DNA of 52,222 bases from Patescibacteria group bacterium (GTDB lineage Bacteria; Patescibacteriota; Minisyncoccia; Phycocordibacterales; UBA9973), in the NCBI GenBank assembly GCA_038063535.1, contig JBBTUV010000003.1, positions 149,179-201,400 of the forward strand, in the 5' to 3' direction. Shown one piece after another: positions 1 to 10,887 of the stretch (its first letter is position 1; every line of letters starts with the position of its first letter). Under the pieces are notes generated by a model. The model was not told where the DNA came from and searched no databases. It saw only the letters and a program-made list of their open reading frames with translations. A program made the translations under genes and the position numbers.

Positions 1-705
1 TATCCCGCCTTCGTGATTTTCACTTTTATTGTGGTGATGTCACTTATGTTCATGGTGGTTATCCCGAAACTTTCCGCGATCATTGTCGATTCGGGGCAGG
101 CCATTCCCGTCTACACTAGGATCGTAATAGGATTTTCGAATTTCTTTGTCAACTGGGGATTTATAATTTTTATTTTCCTTATTCTCGCTGGCATCTGGCT
201 CTGGTGGCTCTCTAGGACCGAGAAAGGCAAGACCTATATTGACCGGGTGCGTCTTTCCACCCCGCTTTTCGGGAGACTTTACAAAAAACTCTTCCTTTCC
301 CGAATCTCAGACAATATGGATACGATGCTTACCTCCGGCATCCCAATTATCCGCTCGATCGATATAACGAGCGAAGTCGTCGGAAGCCACGCTTATAAAG
401 ACATGCTCCGCGAAGTTGCCGATAACGTTAAAGGCGGCCTGGCACTTTCCGCTTCTTTCGAAAAACACCCCGAAGAAATACCGGGGATCATGGTGCAGAT
501 GGTAAAGGTGGGAGAAGAGACAGGGTCGCTCGGGCCGATATTGAAGACCCTCGCGGTTTTCTACAAAAGGGAAGTGGACGATGCAGTGGACACGCTGGTC
601 GGCCTGATCGAGCCTGTTATGATCATAGTCCTCGGGCTCGGGGTGGGGCTTTTGCTCGTTTCAGTGCTCGTCCCGATCTACAATATCGCCGGCAGTATCA
701 GCTAA
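1..705 (+). CDS. pilC: Type IV pilus / T2SS platform protein, PilC/GspF family. C-terminal part only; the 5' end lies outside the window.
   Basis: Frame 1 is open from nt 1. Polytopic membrane protein with a GspF-type cytoplasmic repeat (VKVGEETGSL) and a terminal TM segment (EPVMIIVLGLGVGLLLVSVLVPIYN). Lies directly upstream of the pilins and prepilin peptidase. Confidence 0.8.
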   Translation, partial: YPAFVIFTFIVVMSLMFMVVIPKLSAIIVDSGQAIPVYTRIVIGFSNFFVNWGFIIFIFLILAGIWLWWLSRTEKGKTYIDRVRLSTPLFGRLYKKLFLSRISDNMDTMLTSGIPIIRSIDITSEVVGSHAYKDMLREVADNVKGGLALSASFEKHPEEIPGIMVQMVKVGEETGSLGPILKTLAVFYKREVDDAVDTLVGLIEPVMIIVLGLGVGLLLVSVLVPIYNIAGSIS

Positions 706-791
706 AAGTTATCCACAGCCAGTATTTCCCTTATGTTTTATAATTAAGCCATAACTAAGTCGATTAGAAATTATTAGTATTTAACCAAATT

Positions 792-1283
792 ATGAAAATA
801 AACTTTAAAAGAGGTTTTACGCTTATCGAGTTATTGGTGGTCGTCGCGATCATCGGCATCTTGGCGTCGGTGGTTCTCGCGTCGCTGAATTCGGCCCGAA
901 ACAAAGGCGCGGACGCGGCAATCAAGGCGGCTCTGTCCAATGCTCGAGCCCAGGCGGAGTTGTTCTATGATACGGGGCAGACATATACTGGTGTTTGTGC
1001 TGCCGGCGGTATCGGTAATATGGTGCTAAACGCAGCCCAGAAGCTCGGCTCACTGGCTACCGTCGAAGCAACTGCGCAAGCCTTCGTTTACAGCCTAGCC
1101 GGAACGGCGGGAACATTGGGTGATGCAGTTTGCCATGAAAGTGCTGGAGCGTGGGCCGCTGCGGTGTCCCTGAAAGCTCCCGCTGCGGCGAGCTCAGGCT
1201 GGTGCGTAGATTCGACCGGAGCTTCTCGAGAGTCTGTCAATACGGACCTTCCGGCCTCGAACTATACTTGCGATAACACATAA
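792..1283 (+). CDS. Type IV (major) pilin, paralogue A
   Basis: Class III signal peptide and N-methylation motif KRG/FTLIELLVVVAIIGILASV with Glu5. C-terminal Cys pair (VCHES...SSGWCVDSTGAS). Confidence 0.85.
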   Translation: MKINFKRGFTLIELLVVVAIIGILASVVLASLNSARNKGADAAIKAALSNARAQAELFYDTGQTYTGVCAAGGIGNMVLNAAQKLGSLATVEATAQAFVYSLAGTAGTLGDAVCHESAGAWAAAVSLKAPAAASSGWCVDSTGASRESVNTDLPASNYTCDNT

Positions 1284-1291
1284 AAACTGAC

Positions 1292-1762
1292 ATGCCTAGA
1301 ACAAGAGGTTTTACGCTTATCGAGTTATTGGTGGTCGTCGCGATTATCGGTATTCTCGCGTCGGTCATTCTTGCGAATCTAAACAGCGCGCGGAACAAGG
1401 GTTCTGACGCTGCCATTAAAGCAGCACTGGCCAATTCCCGTTCCCAGGCACAGCTCTTCTATGAGACCGGACAGGTATTTACCAGTGTTTGCACAGGCGC
1501 AGGCGGGATCAGCGGTATGGTCTTGAATGCTGCACAGAAACTCAATAGCGCCGCGGTAGTCGGGGACACGATCACAGCGTTCGCTTATGATGCTACCGGG
1601 GTTGCGGCCGGGTCAGCAGTCTGTCACAACAACGACAATGCTTGGGCGGCAATTGTATCATTGAAGAACCCTGTAGTAGCAAGTTCTGGCTGGTGCGTGG
1701 ATTCGACAGGCGCTTCGAAAGAAGCGATCACCCTTGGCATAGACGAGGTAGTCTGCCCGTAA
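1292..1762 (+). CDS. Type IV (major) pilin, paralogue B
   Basis: TRG/FTLIELLVVVAIIGILASV prepilin motif. The conserved C-terminal SSGWCVDSTGAS block is shared with paralogue A. Confidence 0.85.
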   Translation: MPRTRGFTLIELLVVVAIIGILASVILANLNSARNKGSDAAIKAALANSRSQAQLFYETGQVFTSVCTGAGGISGMVLNAAQKLNSAAVVGDTITAFAYDATGVAAGSAVCHNNDNAWAAIVSLKNPVVASSGWCVDSTGASKEAITLGIDEVVCP

Positions 1763-1780
1763 CCAAGTGAAATGAACAAA

Positions 1781-1808
1781 AAACACCCATTCGGGCGTTT
1801 TTTGTTTT
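1781..1808 (+). terminator. Rho-independent terminator after the pilin pair
   Basis: Hairpin aaacaccc-attc-gggcgttt (one mismatch) followed by tttgtttt. Confidence 0.6.
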
Positions 1809-1814
1809 CGAGCG

Positions 1815-1823
1815 TGGTATAAT
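1815..1823 (+). promoter_or_regulatory. Extended -10 promoter (TGgTATAAT) for the prepilin peptidase gene
   Basis: Exact TGnTATAAT, with only 7 nt between the last -10 base and the ATG at 1831. This predicts a leaderless mRNA. Confidence 0.55.
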
Positions 1824-1830
1824 TTAGGCA

Positions 1831-2610
1831 ATGGTTTTTGCGATAATTTTCTTTGTTCTCGGGCTCATTATCGGAAGCTTCTTGAACGTCGTCGTCGCCC
1901 GCTATAACACCGGCCGCTCATACGGGGGCCGGAGCGAATGCATGGTCTGCGAAACGACACTCCGCCCACAGGAACTTATCCCACTACTCTCTTTCATTTT
2001 CCTCCGGGGACGTTGCTCAACTTGCGAGACAAAAATTTCTCTCCAGTACCCGCTAGTTGAGCTTGCAACCGGGCTTCTCTTTCTCGGGCTCTACCTCAAA
2101 TTTGCTGGGCTTTTCTTTACCGCGCCACTTCTCTTTGCGATCCTCGTAGCCTATTACGGGGCCGCCTTTTCTCTACTTATCGTCATCGCCTCCTATGACA
2201 TACGACACAAGATAATTCCGGACCCGCTTGCACTTGTATTCGGACTACTTTCGTTCCTTGGGATTTTTATTTTCAGCGCCGCGGGGCTCGATCCGCATCT
2301 GCCGATGCTTCGCGAAATTTACACCCCGATACTTGTCGCCCTCCCGTTCGCCGCCATTTGGCTTTTCTCTCGCGGTTCTTGGATGGGTCTCGGAGACGCG
2401 AAACTTGCGCTCGGAATGGCGCTCCTCCTCGGGCTCTCGAGAGTGCTCTCAGGCGTCGTGGTAGCCTTCTGGTCCGGAGCGGTAATCGGTCTCTTGCTTC
2501 TCCTTTTTTCAAAGAATCACCGGATGAAAAGCGAAGTTCCTTTCGCACCCTTTCTCGTGCTCGGAGCGATCGTGGCATTTCTTTTCGAGCTCCGTCTTTT
2601 CCCGCTATGA
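1831..2610 (+). CDS. pilD: Prepilin peptidase / N-methyltransferase (A24 family)
   Basis: N-terminal CxxC...CxxC (CMVCETT...CSTCETK), polytopic membrane protein, and both catalytic Asp contexts (YDIRHKIIPD, GLGDAKLA). Confidence 0.9.
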   Translation: MVFAIIFFVLGLIIGSFLNVVVARYNTGRSYGGRSECMVCETTLRPQELIPLLSFIFLRGRCSTCETKISLQYPLVELATGLLFLGLYLKFAGLFFTAPLLFAILVAYYGAAFSLLIVIASYDIRHKIIPDPLALVFGLLSFLGIFIFSAAGLDPHLPMLREIYTPILVALPFAAIWLFSRGSWMGLGDAKLALGMALLLGLSRVLSGVVVAFWSGAVIGLLLLLFSKNHRMKSEVPFAPFLVLGAIVAFLFELRLFPL

Positions 2611-3185
2611 AAAAAAATGGCGGCATGACATATATAGAGCTCATCGTGGTACTCGGCATTTTTGCTTCGATGCTTTCGATCGCGATGTATAACCACAACA
2701 AATTCCAAGACAAGGTCTCGATCAAGAATCTCGCCAACGAAGTGGCTCTGCGCATTGTCGAAGCGCAGAGATCGGCGATGGCCGGGAAAGCGAGCACAGC
2801 GCCTTTTTCTAGCAAGCCTTCTTACGGCGTTCACTTCAATCTACAAACTGATAACAAAAGCTTTATCTATTTTGCAGACTTCAACGCGAGCGGCAGCTAT
2901 AGCGATCCTACTTTCTGTAATACCGTAACTGGCGAGTGTTTGGCGAAAATCACTCTGAACCGCGCGAACACTATCTCGAATATCGCTTATTACTATTCGG
3001 CCGGAGGTCCGACTACCCTAAATAACCTGACTGTTACTTTCACCCGCCCCGCATCTGATGCTGCTATAAGCTCAAGCACTCCTCCCTCCAGTACCGTCCT
3101 CTACGCCCAGATTACGGTAGCGTCTGTCTCCGGGACGACGGCTAGAATAAAAATTTATCCGTCGGGCAGAATTCAAATAAACTGA
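2607..3185 (+). CDS. Minor (pseudo)pilin, GspH/FimU-like
   Basis: The ATG at 2607 overlaps the pilD stop (ATGA). Prepilin motif NGG/MTYIELIVVLGIF with Glu5. The 83 upstream codons in the ORF track overlap pilD and are not used. Confidence 0.8.
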   Translation: MKKNGGMTYIELIVVLGIFASMLSIAMYNHNKFQDKVSIKNLANEVALRIVEAQRSAMAGKASTAPFSSKPSYGVHFNLQTDNKSFIYFADFNASGSYSDPTFCNTVTGECLAKITLNRANTISNIAYYYSAGGPTTLNNLTVTFTRPASDAAISSSTPPSSTVLYAQITVASVSGTTARIKIYPSGRIQIN

Positions 3186-3841
3186 TGAGGAGGGCAAGAA
3201 AAAATTTTGGATTCACGATTATCGAAACCATGATCGCGATATCGCTTTTTCTGGTGGTGGTCATGGCGGGGATGGACGCGCTCTTGAATGCGAACGTGGT
3301 GCATCAGAAGTCTCAAGATATGCGCTCCATTCTCGACAGCCTGAATTTCATTATGGAAGACATGGGGAGGAATATAAGAACAGGATACAATTATCACTGC
3401 TATACTGGGGGTGCATCAATCCCTGTAAATCCCGGTGATCCCGATGTGCAGCCGCTCAGCTGCGCTTCCGGCTGGGGAATTTTATTTGAGCCGGCGACCG
3501 GAGACAGCACGACCGCCGACGGGGACCCGATAGATTACACCGACCAGTGGGTTTATTATTTCGGCCCAGATACCGGATTGCCAGGTTCGCCTTATTCGAT
3601 CTGGAAAAAAACCTCCGCCCCGTATTCTTCGGCAAGTTTCGTCAAGCTAAATACCGATGAAGTGGTTCTCAACTCCGCGTCGTCCGGTCTCTCTGTTTTG
3701 GGCGCAGAGCGCCCGACCACAAATACCCAGCAGCCTCTCGTTAGCATCCGTCTTTCCGGCACAATTACGTTTAAAAATCAGATTACCCCATTTTCTCTGC
3801 AAACCACGGTTTCCCAGAGAGTAATCGATGTTTTGCCATGA
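3185..3841 (+). CDS. Minor (pseudo)pilin, GspJ/PilW-like
   Basis: KNFG/FTIIETMIAISLFLVVV prepilin motif. The start overlaps the previous stop codon. Confidence 0.8.
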   Translation: MRRARKNFGFTIIETMIAISLFLVVVMAGMDALLNANVVHQKSQDMRSILDSLNFIMEDMGRNIRTGYNYHCYTGGASIPVNPGDPDVQPLSCASGWGILFEPATGDSTTADGDPIDYTDQWVYYFGPDTGLPGSPYSIWKKTSAPYSSASFVKLNTDEVVLNSASSGLSVLGAERPTTNTQQPLVSIRLSGTITFKNQITPFSLQTTVSQRVIDVLP

Positions 3842-4404
3842 TCAAATTTACGAAAAATTCAGGTTTCACTTTGGTCGAGACACTGGTCGCGCTTTCGCTC
3901 TTCTCGGTCGCGCTCCTTGGGGTGATCGTCTCTCTGGGGCAGGGGATTTCCGATACCGGGTACGTAAAACGGAAAATGACCGCGGAATATCTCGCGGCTG
4001 AGGGGATAGAATACATCCGGAATTTTAGGGATACCTACACTCTTTATTCCGCAACCGGTCAGGCCGGCTGGACGAGCTTCAACAGCCGGCTTACGGGGGC
4101 AAATTGCAATACTACTGGATGTTATTTTAATTCGAGCGGGGTGAGTTATACGGATAACACGACCCCGATTTATGATCTTACTCTCACCAGTTGCGCAAGT
4201 TGTCCGACCCTCTACTACCATTCGACCACCGGCAAATACGATTATGACCCGGTCGGCGGAGTCAACTCCGGATTCAGTAGGAAAATCAATACTTCAGCGG
4301 TGAATGTTAACGAAACGAGAATATCCTCGACGGTAACTTGGACGGAAAAATCGCGTACCTACAGCATTACCTTTTCGGAGAATTTATATAACTGGGTTGA
4401 GTAA
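3838..4404 (+). CDS. Minor (pseudo)pilin, GspI/PilV-like
   Basis: KNSG/FTLVETLVALSLFSV prepilin motif. ATGA overlap with the upstream gene. Confidence 0.8.
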   Translation: MIKFTKNSGFTLVETLVALSLFSVALLGVIVSLGQGISDTGYVKRKMTAEYLAAEGIEYIRNFRDTYTLYSATGQAGWTSFNSRLTGANCNTTGCYFNSSGVSYTDNTTPIYDLTLTSCASCPTLYYHSTTGKYDYDPVGGVNSGFSRKINTSAVNVNETRISSTVTWTEKSRTYSITFSENLYNWVE

Positions 4405-9056
<4,652 letters not shown>

Positions 9057-9073
9057 GACTTTACTCACTCTAG

Positions 9074-9081
9074 ATTATAAT
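9074..9081. promoter_or_regulatory. Overlapping divergent -10 boxes within the palindrome ATTATAAT
   Basis: TATAAT reads on the + strand (9076..9081, 17 nt before tRNA-Ser) and on the - strand (complement of 9074..9079, 17 nt before the SGNH ATG at 9056). Confidence 0.35.
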
Positions 9082-9098
9082 ATAGATTGTATTGAAAT

Positions 9099-9186
9099 GG
9101 AGGCGTCGCATAGCGGTCTAGTGCGCACGCTTGGAAAGCGTGTAGGGTGAAAGCTCTCGACGGTTCGAATCCGTCCGCCTCCGCCA
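9099..9186 (+). tRNA. tRNA-Ser (anticodon GGA), class II with long variable arm, CCA encoded
   Basis: Hand-folded cloverleaf. Acceptor GGAGGCG/CGCCTCC, anticodon stem CACGC/GCGTG with loop TTGGAAA, long variable arm, T arm GACGG-TTCGAAT-CCGTC, discriminator G plus CCA. Confidence 0.9.
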
Positions 9187-9198
9187 GAAAACGAAACG

Positions 9199-9231
9199 AG
9201 CCGTCCGGAAGCTTCATGCTTCAGGACGGCT
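9199..9231 (-). terminator. Long hairpin between tRNA-Ser and the small minus-strand ORF; possible terminator
   Basis: AGCCGTCC-G-GAAGC-TTCAT-GCTTC-A-GGACGGCT. On the minus strand it is followed by cgtttcgttttc. On the plus strand there is no U-tract. Confidence 0.4.
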
Positions 9232-9439
9232 TGCGTGCTAGGGGGAGGGCACTCGCTCGTCGGGTCTTCCATTCCTCAAACCGACTCTTCACTGCGTCGA
9301 GGAAGTAAGAGAAGATCCACCCATCCAGGAAGTTTACTCCGATAAACCAAGCCAGAGTAAGCTTGATCTCTCGGAGCCCCGATCCCGACAGTAGAGCAAG
9401 AGGGAGGTAGGTGAAGGCTTGAAAAACCGTGTTTGTCAC
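9221..9439 (-). CDS. Hypothetical small membrane protein (72 aa, GTG start). Doubtful.
   Basis: ORF only. Two hydrophobic stretches, no clear SD, and the 3' end overlaps the hairpin above. Confidence 0.3.
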   Translation of the reverse strand: MTNTVFQAFTYLPLALLSGSGLREIKLTLAWFIGVNFLDGWIFSYFLDAVKSRFEEWKTRRASALPLARKPS

Positions 9440-9476
9440 GAACCCCGATGCCCACTGCCGGAAGAACTTCGATTGG

Positions 9477-9485
9477 TGATATAAT
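9477..9485 (+). promoter_or_regulatory. Extended -10 promoter TGaTATAAT for the DUF1761 gene
   Basis: Exact TGnTATAAT. It is embedded in the 14-mer GTGATATAATTAAC, which recurs at 39630..39643. Confidence 0.5.
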
Positions 9486-9506
9486 TAACCATTATAAATT
9501 AATCTC

Positions 9507-9525
9507 CCTCCGCCTCTGGCGGAGG
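9507..9525 (+). promoter_or_regulatory. SD-sequestering hairpin in the DUF1761 leader
   Basis: CCTCCGCC-tct-GGCGGAGG is a perfect 8-bp stem. The 3' arm contains the GGAGG Shine-Dalgarno sequence 6 nt upstream of the ATG at 9532. Confidence 0.5.
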
Positions 9526-9531
9526 ATAATT

Positions 9532-9945
9532 ATGATCGATATTGCGATAAATTATTGGGCGGTTCTGGTTGCGGCAATCGTTAACTTCGTAGTCGGCTGG
9601 CTCTGGTATGGTCCGCTCTTTGGCAAGATGTGGAAGGGTTTAATGGGCATGACCGATGAGTCAATGAAGGCAATGGCGATGAAACCTATGACGGCGATGT
9701 TCTGGGGTTTCGTCTCCTCGCTGGTTCTCGCCTATGTGCTTGTACATTTTGTTGTCATGGCCGGAGCGGTCGGTATAGCGGGCGCGTTTTCGCTTGCTTT
9801 CTGGTTGTGGCTCGGTTTTATGGCCACCCAGAGCATCGGAGTTTACCTTTGGGAGGGTAAGCCATTTAAGCTTTTTGTCCTCTGTGCTGGATATCAGCTA
9901 GTTGCGACCTTCCTCGCGGCGCTTGTTCTCGTGCTTTGGATGTAA
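9532..9945 (+). CDS. DUF1761 family membrane protein
   Basis: N-terminus MIDIAINYWAVLVAAIVNFVVGWLWYGPLFGKMW matches the DUF1761 signature (as recalled). GGAGG SD upstream. Confidence 0.7.
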   Translation: MIDIAINYWAVLVAAIVNFVVGWLWYGPLFGKMWKGLMGMTDESMKAMAMKPMTAMFWGFVSSLVLAYVLVHFVVMAGAVGIAGAFSLAFWLWLGFMATQSIGVYLWEGKPFKLFVLCAGYQLVATFLAALVLVLWM

Positions 9946-9968
9946 AAATGATATAGGAAAATAGAGCA

Positions 9969-10880
9969 ATGCTTGGGGCAATTTTCACTATCGTGGGACT
10001 ATCGCTTTTCGAAGCGGTCTCTTCCGTCGACAATGCCATCATAAATGCCGAGGTACTTTCCACCATGGGCGCTCAAGCCCGCAGGTGGTTCCTGACTTGG
10101 GGCATGTTTATTGCGGTGTTCCTCGTCCGCGGGCTTTTGCCGTTTCTGATCATCTGGGTTTTTAATACCTCTCTCTCCCCGTTTCAGATTTTCTCTGCCG
10201 CTTGGTCTAGTGATCCAGTAGTAGGGGAATCTATCCAAAAATCAGCGCCGATACTCCTGGTTGCCGGCGGAGTGTTTCTTCTATTTTTGTTTTTGCATTG
10301 GCTTTTCCTGGAAGAGAAGAGACTAGGCTTACCGAAGGCGGAAAAATTCTTTATGTCCAAAGGGGTTTGGTTCTATGCCGCAGTTTCTATTTTGCTTTCT
10401 ATCATTGCCTGGTTCGCGCTCAAAGAAAGCAATCTGATGGGGTTCGGGGCGGTAGTGGGCTCCACGCTGTTTTTCATCACTCACGGCTTCAAGCAAAATG
10501 CCGAAGAGCAGGAGCGAAAGTTGCTGGGCAGCGCGCATTCTGACCTCTCTAAACTGTTTTTCCTCGAAATCATAGACACTACTTTCTCCATAGACGGAGT
10601 GCTGGGAGCTTTTGCCTTTACTCTTTCTGTCCCCTTGATTTTAATCGGAAACGGTTTTGGCGCTCTACTTGTGCGGGAACTGACGCTCCGCAACATCGAG
10701 AGAATTAAAAAATACGCATATCTTAAAAACGGAGCGATGTACTCCATCCTCGTGCTCGGAGTAGTCATGATATTGCACAGCTTCGGCTTTCATATTCCGG
10801 AGTATGTCTCTCCGCTTTCAACCTTCATCATCATCGGATTTTTCTTTTGGAAATCTCATATGGAACTCCGGCTGGTATAA
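9969..10880 (+). CDS. DUF475 / TerC-related integral membrane protein
   Basis: LFEAVSSVDNAIINAEVL...FLTWGMFIAVFLVRGLLPF resembles the DUF475 signature LE.SLSFDNAVVNA (as recalled). Polytopic. Confidence 0.65.
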   Translation: MLGAIFTIVGLSLFEAVSSVDNAIINAEVLSTMGAQARRWFLTWGMFIAVFLVRGLLPFLIIWVFNTSLSPFQIFSAAWSSDPVVGESIQKSAPILLVAGGVFLLFLFLHWLFLEEKRLGLPKAEKFFMSKGVWFYAAVSILLSIIAWFALKESNLMGFGAVVGSTLFFITHGFKQNAEEQERKLLGSAHSDLSKLFFLEIIDTTFSIDGVLGAFAFTLSVPLILIGNGFGALLVRELTLRNIERIKKYAYLKNGAMYSILVLGVVMILHSFGFHIPEYVSPLSTFIIIGFFFWKSHMELRLV

Positions 10881-10887
10881 TGGGCTC

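Noticed and set aside
2358-2606. Upstream extensions of ORFs in the six-frame track: 2358 for the first minor pilin, 9433 for DUF1761, 10804 for the helicase, 20425 for rnc, 41196 for the Trx-like protein, 45957 for mreC, 48472 for tgt and 50942 for DUF192.
   Set aside because: In each case the extension overlaps the preceding gene in another frame and translates to non-homologous sequence. An internal ATG placed at or next to the upstream stop codon (often ATGA/TGATG coupling) begins exactly where family-typical sequence starts.
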